Origin: an uncultured Dehalococcoidia bacterium | Lineage (GTDB): Bacteria; Chloroflexota; Dehalococcoidia; SZUA-161; SpSt-899 | Length of the DNA stretch: 40,772 nt | NCBI GenBank assembly: GCA_964548795.1 | Contig: CAZJSO010000002.1 | Coordinates: forward strand, 1-40,772 | Reading direction: 5' to 3' | Part shown: positions 25,919 through 34,738 of the stretch, piece by piece | How positions within the stretch are numbered: position 1 is the first letter of the stretch | How the letters are laid out: each line of letters opens with the position of its first letter | Program-made: the position numbers and the translations under genes | Notes under the pieces: generated by a model | Database searches by the model: none | Told to the model about the DNA's origin: nothing | Seen by the model: only the letters and a program-made list of their open reading frames with translations

Positions 25919-27061
25919 CTAGCTCAAGAGATGTAGGTTTCCCAGTCGTACATTCTTTAGTCCCGCTTCATGAGCAGCGGCAAGGGCTTCTTCAGCTTGT
26001 TTCATAGAGGTAGTCGGCAGATCAGTTAAACAAAAACTAGGGTAGAAAGCAAGCAAGGCATACGGTATTTCTGGATTGAGGGAGGAGATGAAGCGGGCAA
26101 TATGGAAGATTTCCTCACGATCGATATACCCGGGTATCAAGAGGGTACTGGCCACCAGTAGCGGGGGTTCCAGCCTCTGAGGGACGTAACTGGCTGCCAG
26201 CCGGAAGTTTTCCAAGGTTCGCTGATTGCTCACTCCACAAAGGGCAAAATGTACCTTTTCATCCCAGGCCTTCAGGTCGAACTTCAGACAACCTCCAGAT
26301 TCCAGTGAAAGCTTAAGCATCTGCTTTAGGAGCGCTGGGTGCATGGAGCCGTTAGTTTCCCAGCAGATGCGCAGAATGCTATCTCCTCGCCTCTTCAGCG
26401 CTAATCGTGAGGTTAGGATAGCGTGAGGGAGCTGAGGGGTTGGGTCACCTCCAAAATAACAGATGCAGGAAGTGGAATCATCTACCTGGGATGCTAGTTG
26501 AGAAGCCATTATTTGTGGCTCATCAGTGGCAGTGGTTCGGTAATGCCAGTTCTGACAGAAAAGGCAGTCAAAGGAGCAGGCTTGATAGAAGACCGCCAGA
26601 TTTCTATAACCAAGTTCTGGTCCTCTTTGGTGAGCGAAGCTGGGGTAGCCAGCTCCAGTTCCCCCAGGACAGACCCAATCAGCTACGCAGTTGGTGGGGA
26701 GAGGGTCATGATACCAACTCAGGTTTCCCTTGGAAGCTGTGGGTCCAGCCAGCTGGCCATTCTCCACCCAGCGTGCTCCGCAGAAGCTTCTTTCTCCCTC
26801 AGAAATCTGACATTCATTGACACAAATTTGGCAGGTGAAGCCGGGGCCTCTTGGAGGAGTTGAGGGGAGCCCAAAGGCCTCCCGGGCTTTACGATGAGCC
26901 TCCTCCAGACGAGGTTTGACTTGCTCAAAATCTCGGCGGATGCAGTTAAGGCACGTGCCCAGAAATTGAGAGATGAGCGGTGACTCCTCCCCACAGAACT
27001 CACACTGGGCAATTCGCTCCTCTCGCTGTTGACCTATTGGACTGAGGCCCGGCAGTTTCAT
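25919..27061 (-). CDS. radical SAM enzyme (PflA / AmmeMemoRadiSam-like) with extra N-terminal Cys-rich region
   Basis: 380 aa with the CSFDCLFCQNW radical SAM CxxxCxxC motif, preceded by CQICVNEC...C and CEFCG...CLNC clusters. Confidence 0.7.
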   Translation of the reverse strand: MKLPGLSPIGQQREERIAQCEFCGEESPLISQFLGTCLNCIRRDFEQVKPRLEEAHRKAREAFGLPSTPPRGPGFTCQICVNECQISEGERSFCGARWVENGQLAGPTASKGNLSWYHDPLPTNCVADWVCPGGTGAGYPSFAHQRGPELGYRNLAVFYQACSFDCLFCQNWHYRTTATDEPQIMASQLASQVDDSTSCICYFGGDPTPQLPHAILTSRLALKRRGDSILRICWETNGSMHPALLKQMLKLSLESGGCLKFDLKAWDEKVHFALCGVSNQRTLENFRLAASYVPQRLEPPLLVASTLLIPGYIDREEIFHIARFISSLNPEIPYALLAFYPSFCLTDLPTTSMKQAEEALAAAHEAGLKNVRLGNLHLLS

Positions 27062-27086
27062 TTGAGATTTCAGATTTCTCTCAGGC

Positions 27087-28001
27087 TTACAGGTTGAGGT
27101 TAGAGATGGAATTGAGGTCGCTCAAATTGATCACTTGTACATCCTTGCTAATGCGCTTGATGAGACCAGACAGAACTTTCCCCGGGCCAATTTCAACGAA
27201 GGTAGAGACACCGTCTTCCACCATGTACTCTACACAGGATTGCCAGCGAACGGGGCTGCAAAGTTGTTGTACCAGCCTCTCCTTTAGCTCTTCGGGATCT
27301 TTTTCCGGCCGAGCAGTGACATTAACCACTATGGGTATTCTTGGCTCCCGGAACTCTAGCTCTGAGATCACCTCTCCAAGACCTTCAGCGGCTGGCCTCA
27401 TCAAGATAGAGTGGAAGGCCCCGCTAACTTCCAGTTTAACTACTCGCCTTGCTCCCCTAGCCCGACTCAGATCCATCGCCCAGGCCAAGTGTTGGTTGCT
27501 TCCGCTAATCACGATCTGCCCTGGAGAGTTGATGTTAGCTATTTGAGTGCCCGTCTCCTGGCAAATCTCCTCGAGAGTTATCTCATCCAAACCAATAATG
27601 GCCGCCATGCCACCAGGGTATTTCTCAGCTGCCTCCTGCATCAGGCGGGCTCGTTCCCAAACCAAGCGGAGCGCTGCGGTAAAATCAAGCGCTCCAGAAG
27701 CTGCTAGAGCTGTAAACTCACCCAAGCTATGTCCAGCGACAAAAGCAGGCCGAGCATCATCATTACCGAAAGCAGATCGAAGACAAGCCAGACTTACGGT
27801 CATTATTGCTGGCTGGGTGAAAACTGTCTGGCGTAGCTTCTCGTCAGGACCTTCAAAACACAGGCGGGAAAGAGGGAAATCAAGAAGCTCATCCGCCTGC
27901 TCAAAAACCTCCCGAGCTAACCTTGAACCCTTGAAGAGGTCAAAGCCCATACCTACCTTTTGTGAACCTTGCCCTGGGAAGACAAAGGCCATTTTATTCA
28001 T
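27087..28001 (-). CDS. fabD: malonyl-CoA:ACP transacylase
   Basis: 304 aa with FVFPGQGSQ, the GHSLGE active-site Ser and SGAFHS. Confidence 0.9.
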   Translation of the reverse strand: MNKMAFVFPGQGSQKVGMGFDLFKGSRLAREVFEQADELLDFPLSRLCFEGPDEKLRQTVFTQPAIMTVSLACLRSAFGNDDARPAFVAGHSLGEFTALAASGALDFTAALRLVWERARLMQEAAEKYPGGMAAIIGLDEITLEEICQETGTQIANINSPGQIVISGSNQHLAWAMDLSRARGARRVVKLEVSGAFHSILMRPAAEGLGEVISELEFREPRIPIVVNVTARPEKDPEELKERLVQQLCSPVRWQSCVEYMVEDGVSTFVEIGPGKVLSGLIKRISKDVQVINLSDLNSISNLNL

Positions 28002-28080
28002 GAGAGCCCTCCAATCTACCCCGTGGTGAGGGAACTATTCTCGGTCTCTGGAAAACACAGAAGTGGTATCTAGGCACTTA

Positions 28081-28266
28081 TCATTTCTCCTTCTTAACTG
28101 AGAGCACCTCTCTTCCTTGATAGGTGCCACAAAAAGGACAAGCCCGATGCGGCAATTTTTGCCGGTGGCACTGGGGGCAAAAACTTAAACTGGGGAGAGA
28201 AAGACCGAGATGACTTCTCCTCGCGCCGGTACGGCTTCTAGACGTTTTCCTCTTCGGTAAGGCCAT
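28081..28266 (-). CDS. rpmF: 50S ribosomal protein L32
   Basis: 61 aa with ALPKRKTSRSR and a CPQC...CPFCG zinc ribbon. Confidence 0.9.
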   Translation of the reverse strand: MALPKRKTSRSRTGARRSHLGLSLPSLSFCPQCHRQKLPHRACPFCGTYQGREVLSVKKEK

Positions 28267-28271
28267 AGCAG

Positions 28272-28778
28272 CTAAGTTTCCTTGCCAAGTAAGGCTTTCA
28301 AGGGAGCTAAAGTCATGTTGGTAGACTCCAAGTCACATTCGCAAGGCCCACAATTAAGATTCTTGCCACAATTTGGACATAGCCCAGCACAATCTGGCCG
28401 GCAGAGCGGCTTTATGGGCAGATTGAGTAGAACATGCTGACGGACAGCCTCATCCAAGTCAAGTATGTTGTTCTCCTTAATGACAAACCCTTCCCTCTCC
28501 CCGAGGGAAAGGGAGCCGAGAGTCATGGGAAAATCCTTTGCTGGGAAGTACTCCTCCTCGAGCTCGAAAGAAAGTGGGAGCTCAAATTCCTCCAAACAGC
28601 GACTACAAACAGCCTTAACCGAAGTTTGCAGCTTTCCAGTTACCAGAATGCCTCGGTCAGTGCGAACTAATTTGAGATCTCCCCGCAGAGGGAATCCCTC
28701 CCCAGTAATTTCATCGACTCGATAGCAGCGAATTTCACCAACTAAGCCTTTGAGTTGCTGGGCAACATTGATCCTCAT
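28272..28778 (-). CDS. yceD: YceD/DUF177 family protein (large-subunit accumulation protein)
   Basis: 168 aa with a C-terminal CRPDCAGLCPNCG...C motif, located directly upstream of rpmF as in the canonical yceD-rpmF pair. Confidence 0.8.
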   Translation of the reverse strand: MRINVAQQLKGLVGEIRCYRVDEITGEGFPLRGDLKLVRTDRGILVTGKLQTSVKAVCSRCLEEFELPLSFELEEEYFPAKDFPMTLGSLSLGEREGFVIKENNILDLDEAVRQHVLLNLPIKPLCRPDCAGLCPNCGKNLNCGPCECDLESTNMTLAPLKALLGKET

Positions 28779-28796
28779 TGTAACGGAACTTGTTTT

Positions 28797-28826
28797 ATTC
28801 TAAAGGCAAAACTTGCTGATTGTCAA
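28797..28826 (-). promoter_or_regulatory. near-consensus sigma70 promoter for yceD-rpmF
   Basis: The minus strand reads TTGACA (28826-28821), an 18-nt spacer, then TAGAAT (28802-28797). The yceD ATG lies only 18 nt downstream with no SD, implying a very short leader. Confidence 0.5.
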
Positions 28827-28854
28827 GCTTGCTTTCCGGCGTACGATACTCACC

Positions 28855-30042
28855 TCACCTGCGAGCATCCCTCAGTCTCGCGGTAAGCATTGGCACTACC
28901 TTGAACAGGTCACCTACTATGGCATATGTGGCTACTTCAAAGATGGGCGCATTTGGGTCTTCATTAATCGCAACGATGACCTCTGAGGTTTGCATGCCAG
29001 CAAGATGTTGCACGGCTCCGGAGATACCGCAGGCGATATAAAGTTTGGGACATACTGTCTTCCCGGTCTGACCGATCTGGTGCGAGTACGGGATCCAGCC
29101 ATCGTCTACCGGCGGCCGAGAGGAACCAAGCGCTGCACCTAGGACATCAGCTAACTCCTGTAGTATCTGGAAGTTCTCTGGCTTCCCTAGCCCGCGGCCG
29201 CCAGCGACGATGATGTCGGCATCTTCAAGTTTCACCTTGTCCGTAAGCTCTTCAACGAAAGAAAGCAATCTGGTTCTAGAGGTGATGGATTCCCTATCGA
29301 AATTCACCCGGATTACTTTCCCTTTTCGTTCCGCATTCGGCGTGCCTCGCTTGAAAACATGAGGACGCACGGTGCTCATTTGCGGTCTTCTTACTGGGCA
29401 GGTAATCGTTGCCATGATATTTCCGCCAAAGGTGGGGCGGGTTTGCAGCAGGAGGCCACTTTCCCTATCTATCTCTAGGCCGGTACAATCTGCTGTTAGT
29501 CCTGTTTCCAAAGCAGCTGCCACTCTGGGAATAAATGACCGTCCTAGTGAGGTGGCACCGGCCAGCAATATTTCAGGCTTATGCTCTCGAATCAACCTTA
29601 CTAACTGTCCGACATACACGTCTTCCTGATGATCTGCCAAGGCAGGGTCATCCAGCAGATACACCTTATCAGCCCCATATTCAATCAGTTGTTGTACCCC
29701 TTCGACCCGATGACCAAAACACACTGCACAAAGCTCGGTGTGTAAATCATCTGCCAGTTCCCGCCCCTTCGATACCAACTCATATGCCACGCTTTTTAAC
29801 CTGCCATCCCTCTGTTCGGCGAATACCCAGACGCCACGGAAGCTATCTTGGGGAGTCTCCAGCTCCTTAGGAGCCTCAATAATTATGGCGTCATAATCAC
29901 AGGCATCCTTACAGGCACCACAGAGAGTGCAGTTGTCGTTCACTTGCGCCTTATTATTTACTATCTGCAGTGCATCGAACGGGCAAGCTGGTATGCAGGA
30001 GCCACAGCCGACACATCTTCCGATATCGATTTGGATGGTCAT
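28855..30042 (-). CDS. etfA: electron transfer flavoprotein alpha subunit with N-terminal 2x[4Fe-4S] ferredoxin domain
   Basis: 395 aa. The first ~55 aa carry CVGCGSCIPACP and CTLCGACKDAC. The remainder is EtfA/FixB (PKLYIACGISGAVQHLAGM). Confidence 0.85.
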   Translation of the reverse strand: MTIQIDIGRCVGCGSCIPACPFDALQIVNNKAQVNDNCTLCGACKDACDYDAIIIEAPKELETPQDSFRGVWVFAEQRDGRLKSVAYELVSKGRELADDLHTELCAVCFGHRVEGVQQLIEYGADKVYLLDDPALADHQEDVYVGQLVRLIREHKPEILLAGATSLGRSFIPRVAAALETGLTADCTGLEIDRESGLLLQTRPTFGGNIMATITCPVRRPQMSTVRPHVFKRGTPNAERKGKVIRVNFDRESITSRTRLLSFVEELTDKVKLEDADIIVAGGRGLGKPENFQILQELADVLGAALGSSRPPVDDGWIPYSHQIGQTGKTVCPKLYIACGISGAVQHLAGMQTSEVIVAINEDPNAPIFEVATYAIVGDLFKVVPMLTARLRDARR

Positions 30043-30053
30043 AGCCTCTTACC

Positions 30054-30839
30054 TTAGATCACCTTATTCTCGCGCAGCTTTGTCACTAGTGCTTCTACTT
30101 GATCTTGCAAGCTTCCCTGAAGCACCTCTGCCTTACGAGTCCTCTGGGGGTAAAAGATGCGGATAACATGAGTTGGGGAACCAGATACACCGATTTTATT
30201 TGCGTCGATACCCAAATCTTGAGCTTTCCAGACAGGTATTCGGGCTGTCTTTGACCTCATGGTGCCCAGCAGGGAAGGCAAGCGTGGCACATTGATCTCC
30301 TTCACTACGCTGATTACGCAAGGGAGGGGACTCTCAACTATCTCGCGGCCCTCTTCTACCATTCGCTGCACCCTAATGCAGCCCCCAGAGATTCCCTCAA
30401 CCTGGCTGACATAGGCTACGAAAGGTATACCCAGCCTCTGTGCCAGCTCTGGCCCTACCTGCCCTGTATCGCCATCCATCGTTTGTCTACCACAGATTAT
30501 AAGGCTGTATTCATCAATCTTCGTAATGGTCTTAGCCAGCACGTAGGACGTGGCCAGGGTATCAGAACCAGCAAAGGTCCGATCGCTAATAAGGACAGCT
30601 TCATCAGCACCAACGGAGATGGCTTCCCTTAGAGCATCCTCTGCTTGGGGTGGACCCATGGTCACCACGGTAACCTTTCCTCCATATCTCTCCTTTAATC
30701 GCACGCCCTCTTCTATAGCATAGGTATCGAAAGGGTTAATTATGCTCTCTACCCCTTCCCTTATCAAGGTGTTAGTCAACTTGTTAATACGTACCTCAGT
30801 GGTGCCGGGGACCTGTTTAAGGCAGACGATGATTTTCAT
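30054..30839 (-). CDS. etfB: electron transfer flavoprotein beta subunit
   Basis: 261 aa with MKIIVCLKQVP and the EtfB/FixA pattern. It overlaps the acyl-CoA dehydrogenase stop by 4 nt. Confidence 0.85.
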   Translation of the reverse strand: MKIIVCLKQVPGTTEVRINKLTNTLIREGVESIINPFDTYAIEEGVRLKERYGGKVTVVTMGPPQAEDALREAISVGADEAVLISDRTFAGSDTLATSYVLAKTITKIDEYSLIICGRQTMDGDTGQVGPELAQRLGIPFVAYVSQVEGISGGCIRVQRMVEEGREIVESPLPCVISVVKEINVPRLPSLLGTMRSKTARIPVWKAQDLGIDANKIGVSGSPTHVIRIFYPQRTRKAEVLQGSLQDQVEALVTKLRENKVI

Positions 30840-31993
30840 GTCCTTTTCCCCTTACGCTTCAAGAGATGAGGAATGATGTCGTTACGCAGCACCTGATTGG
30901 TGCCCTCATATATCTGAATGATCTTCGCGTCCCGCATCATTTTCTCTACCGGATAATCACGCATGTAACCTGCGCCGCCGAATACCTGTACCGCGTCTGT
31001 GGTAACCCTCATGGCCACGTCGCTGGCGAATACCTTAGCCATGCCAGCCTCTTCAGTGTAATCTCTAGCACCACTATCTACCGTTCTAGCCACAGCGTAG
31101 ACTAACGCTCTGGCCGCCTCTATCTCTATAGCCATGTTAACCAGCATATGTTGAATGGCCTGAAATGAGGATATAGGTCGGCCAAATTGCACACGTTTTT
31201 GGGCATAAGCTATAGCTTCTTCCAGCGCTCCTTGAGCCAGTCCCACGGCCTGGGCGGCAACGCCAGGCCGTGACTCATCGAAGGTCTTTATGGCTACAAC
31301 AAAGCCCAGGCCCTCCCTGCCCAGTAAATTATCCCTGGGCACCCGGCAGTTGTGGAAAACTAGCTCCCTCGTGGAAGAAGCACGAATACCCATCTTTCTC
31401 TCTTTTCTGCCAAAGGTGAATCCGGGCGTATCTTTCTCCACCAATATAGCACTGGCCCCTCGGGCCCCTTTAGCTGGATTAGTCATGGCAATAACCGTGT
31501 AAAGTTGAGCTTCGCCGCCATTAGTGATAAACTGCTTGGTGCCATTTAGAATATAGCTACTTCCCTCTGAGGCTGCAGATGTCCTGATGGACGCAATATC
31601 ACTGCCTGCTGCTGACTCTGTGACCGCAAATGCTGCTAGCATCTTCCCGCTAGCTATCTGGGGAAGGTATTTTTGTTTCTGCTCTTCCTTGCCATACTTT
31701 ATCAGGGGAATGGAAGCCAAAGCGACAGCGGCGTAGCTAATGGATACTCCACAGCAACCCCGACTTAGCTCTTCAATGGCTAGGCACAGATCCAGGCACC
31801 CACCGCCCAAGCCCTCATATTGCTCTGGTATAAATATCCGAAACAGGTCAGCCTGGCTGAGCTCCTTGATTATGGCCCAAGGAAACTCCTCCTTCTCGTC
31901 CAGCTCAGCTCGTACTGGAATTATCCTCTCCTCGGTAATTCTGCGGGCTATGCTCCTTATCATCTCCTGCCGTTCGTTTAGGAAATATTGCAA
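30836..31993 (-). CDS. short/medium-chain acyl-CoA dehydrogenase (butyryl- or glutaryl-CoA dehydrogenase type)
   Basis: 385 aa with the ACAD pattern AFAVTESAAGSD and QVFGGAGY, and the IYEGTNQ catalytic Glu. Confidence 0.85.
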   Translation of the reverse strand: MQYFLNERQEMIRSIARRITEERIIPVRAELDEKEEFPWAIIKELSQADLFRIFIPEQYEGLGGGCLDLCLAIEELSRGCCGVSISYAAVALASIPLIKYGKEEQKQKYLPQIASGKMLAAFAVTESAAGSDIASIRTSAASEGSSYILNGTKQFITNGGEAQLYTVIAMTNPAKGARGASAILVEKDTPGFTFGRKERKMGIRASSTRELVFHNCRVPRDNLLGREGLGFVVAIKTFDESRPGVAAQAVGLAQGALEEAIAYAQKRVQFGRPISSFQAIQHMLVNMAIEIEAARALVYAVARTVDSGARDYTEEAGMAKVFASDVAMRVTTDAVQVFGGAGYMRDYPVEKMMRDAKIIQIYEGTNQVLRNDIIPHLLKRKGKRT

Positions 31994-32159
31994 GACGCAC
32001 CCCTTTCAGGTAATTAGGCTTTCAGGGTAACAAATCGAAACCCCGCCCCATGCACACGAATTATTTTATCGCTGTCTTCCAGATGTGGCAAGCTCTTTGA
32101 AGTCACCGAAAGGTTGCCACAGGAGAGCCCAGCGAAGTAAAATATTTGCGGAGGGCAAA

Positions 32160-32369
32160 ATGCCGATATACGAATATTTCTGTCCTAAGTGTGGAGAGGA
32201 ATTTGAGCTAATGCGTCCTCTTTCTGAGGCAGACAAACCAGCAGCTTGCCCCCGTTGTGGGACAGAGGGAGAGAGGCTAATTTCTGCCTTTGCCTCAAAA
32301 ATAGACTATTATATTAAACCGGCAAGAGGAGCTTTCAGGAAGAGGAAGCAAGCCAGTGGGAAGATTTAA
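32160..32369 (+). CDS. FmdB-family zinc-ribbon protein (CxxC_CxxC_SSSS type)
   Basis: 69 aa with MPIYEYFCPKCGEEFE...ACPRCG. Start moved to the ATG at 32160 behind SD GGAGGG. The track TTG extension at 32085 has no support. Confidence 0.7.
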   Translation: MPIYEYFCPKCGEEFELMRPLSEADKPAACPRCGTEGERLISAFASKIDYYIKPARGAFRKRKQASGKI

Positions 32370-32400
32370 GCAGCGTTTGCTTTTAAGAATCAAAAAGGCA

Positions 32401-32517
32401 TTGGGGCTGAATATCTTCCTCTGCGATACCTGTAAATGGAATTGGCGTAGTGCTTGCCACCGACCAGAGCGCCCCAATGCCACAGAGTGCCCTGATTACG
32501 AGAGACGAGGCAAATGA
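32401..32517 (+). CDS. candidate unannotated 38-aa four-cysteine mini-protein
   Basis: Reads (M)GLNIFLCDTCKWNWRSACHRPERPNATECPDYERRGK* with CxxC-x7-C-x10-C spacing. It is too short for the ORF track. Alternative in-frame starts are TTG at 32377 and GTG at 32356. The SD is weak. Confidence 0.3.
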   Translation: MGLNIFLCDTCKWNWRSACHRPERPNATECPDYERRGK

Positions 32518-32520
32518 GCT

Positions 32521-33852
32521 TCATCTCTCTATTATCATGGCCATGCCCTGCCCTCCACCAATGCAGAGAGTAGCTAATCCCCGGTGAGCGTCTCTTCTCT
32601 CCAGCTCATAAAGTAGGGTTACCAGCAGCCGGGCGCCGGTACAACCTATGGGGTGCCCCAGCGATATTCCTGAGCCATGGGGGTTGACATCCTCACATCC
32701 GGGGTCACAAAAATCGGGGTTCTCTCCGTAGCGAGGAATGCCTAGCTCTCTCATGCAGGCGATCGCTTGTGAAGCAAAAGCCTCGTTCAGCTCAATTACA
32801 TCCATATCCTTGATGGTATAGCCCGTTTTTTTAAATAATTTTCGGGTTGCTGGTATTGGCCCCAGGCCCATATATTTCGGGTCCACAGCGCCGGAAGCGT
32901 ACCCCTTGACAGTAGCTCTTATTCTCAGCCCATTTCTTTCAGCGAATTCACGGGATGTGATAAGTAAGGCAGCCGCGGCATCATTTATCCCAGAGGAATT
33001 ACCGGCAGTAACTGTGCCCCCCTTCAAGAAAGCTGGAGGAAGTTTGCTCATGCGTTCTACGCTGGTCTCCATTGGCCTTTCGTCTATATCGAATATCTTG
33101 GGAGGACCCTTCCTCTGGGGAATTTCCACGGGTACGATTTCCTCCCTAAAGGTTCCGTCCTTTATAGCTTTTAAAGCTCGGTGATGGCTCTCCGCTCCAA
33201 CTTCATCCTGTTCCCTTCTGGAAATGTTGTATTCCCGGGCGATATTTTCCGCTGTAACCCCCATATGGTAATCGTAGAATATTTCATAAAGTCCGTCATA
33301 GACCATCATGTCCGTAAGCTCTGCTTTTGAGCTTATGTCCATGCGATATCCCCATCGAGCCTTGGGTAAAGCGTAAGGGGTATGACTCATGCATTCCATC
33401 CCCCCAGCTACGATAGCATCCGCATCCCTGGCCTTTATTGCCTGGCAGGCTAAAGCCACTGCTTTCATGCCCGAAGCGCACACCTTGTTCACCGTGATAG
33501 CGTTCACTTCCTGGGGCACTCCGGCCCTTATGGCTGCCTGTCTGCCTGTATTCTGCCCCTGACCACCCTGAAGCACGTTTCCCATTATAACTTCATCTAT
33601 CTTTATTGGCTTAAGGCTCTCCTCCCAGTCCATGTATTTCGCCTCTACCTCACTTTTCTCGACGGCTTGCAGGATGGTGGGCCTGAACTCCTTCAGCTCA
33701 TCGGGGACGAAGGGCCGAAGGCCAGCCCTTCTCAATACCTCCCTGATCACTACTCGCCCGAGTTCTACTACCTCAACATCCCTCAGGGATCCGCCGAAGG
33801 CCCCTATTGCTGTCCTGACCCCCCCGATAATTACCGGATCTCTAGCATCCAT
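32521..33852 (-). CDS. acetyl-CoA C-acetyltransferase (thiolase II type)
   Basis: 443 aa with NKVCASGMKAV (nucleophile Cys), GNSSGINDAAAA, and NPHGSGISLGHPIGCTGARL (His and Cys). Confidence 0.9.
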   Translation of the reverse strand: MDARDPVIIGGVRTAIGAFGGSLRDVEVVELGRVVIREVLRRAGLRPFVPDELKEFRPTILQAVEKSEVEAKYMDWEESLKPIKIDEVIMGNVLQGGQGQNTGRQAAIRAGVPQEVNAITVNKVCASGMKAVALACQAIKARDADAIVAGGMECMSHTPYALPKARWGYRMDISSKAELTDMMVYDGLYEIFYDYHMGVTAENIAREYNISRREQDEVGAESHHRALKAIKDGTFREEIVPVEIPQRKGPPKIFDIDERPMETSVERMSKLPPAFLKGGTVTAGNSSGINDAAAALLITSREFAERNGLRIRATVKGYASGAVDPKYMGLGPIPATRKLFKKTGYTIKDMDVIELNEAFASQAIACMRELGIPRYGENPDFCDPGCEDVNPHGSGISLGHPIGCTGARLLVTLLYELERRDAHRGLATLCIGGGQGMAMIIER

Positions 33853-33881
33853 TGGCTCCCCCTTAATTTTTTGAGAATTGA

Positions 33882-34643
33882 CTATCTGCCTTTGTATTCC
33901 GGCTTCCTTTTCTCGGCAAAAGCTTTCAGCCCCTCCTTAGCATCTTCGGTGCTGAAAATACTCCCGAAGAGAAGTTTCTCCAGAGCCAAGCCATCTTCCA
34001 AGCTCATGTTGGAGCCGCGAACCATGGACTGTTTGGCCGCTTGCACAGCAAGAGGCCCGTTCTCACAGATCTTGGCCGCCCATTCTCTCGCTGTAGGCAT
34101 AAGCTCAGAAAGAGGGACCACTTTGTTCACTAATCCAATCCGGTAAGCCTCTTTCGCATCTATGATGGTGCCCATGAGGATAAGCTCTGCTGCCTTGGCC
34201 CAGGGAACGAAACGAGGCAATCTCTGAGTTGCCCCCCATCCGGGGATGATAGCCCACCTTACTTCTGGATTGCCAAAGGTGGCATTTTCTGCCGCGATTC
34301 GGAGGTCACAGGCGAGGACGAACTCCAGTCCCCCGCCCAAGGCCATGCCATTAACGGCAGCGATAAGTGGTTTCCAAATGCTCAATCCGCGAACGACGGA
34401 CGCTGGGAATTCATAGGACTTCTCCGCCACTGCTGGTATTAGCTTTCTTAGGTCGGCCCCGGCGGAGAAGGCTTTCTGGCCCGCGCCAGTAAGTATGCCT
34501 ACCCAGGCATCGGGGTCATCTCGGAACTTTACCAAGGCCTCACTCATTTCGGTGAAGGTCTCAGGGTCGAAGGCATTTAAAGCCTCCGGTCGGTTGATGG
34601 TCAAGACGACGATATGGTCGCTCTTCTCATAAAGGATTGGCAT
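33882..34643 (-). CDS. enoyl-CoA hydratase (crotonase family)
   Basis: 253 aa with FSAGADL and GGGLEFVLACDLRIA...FGNPEV, including both catalytic Glu positions. Confidence 0.85.
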   Translation of the reverse strand: MPILYEKSDHIVVLTINRPEALNAFDPETFTEMSEALVKFRDDPDAWVGILTGAGQKAFSAGADLRKLIPAVAEKSYEFPASVVRGLSIWKPLIAAVNGMALGGGLEFVLACDLRIAAENATFGNPEVRWAIIPGWGATQRLPRFVPWAKAAELILMGTIIDAKEAYRIGLVNKVVPLSELMPTAREWAAKICENGPLAVQAAKQSMVRGSNMSLEDGLALEKLLFGSIFSTEDAKEGLKAFAEKRKPEYKGR

Positions 34644-34668
34644 CTCTCCTCCTTTACTTTTTGTTTAT

Positions 34669-34697
34669 ATTTTTAACTCTTCTTGTTTATCCTGTAA
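34669..34697 (-). promoter_or_regulatory. possible internal promoter upstream of the crotonase gene
   Basis: The minus strand reads TTTACA (34697-34692), a 17-nt spacer, then TAAAAA (34674-34669), within the 95-nt AT-rich gap after the decarboxylase beta gene. Confidence 0.2.
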
Positions 34698-34738
34698 ACT
34701 CAAATCATCAAAGGCTGGGAATCCTGGGGGTAGTTTTG

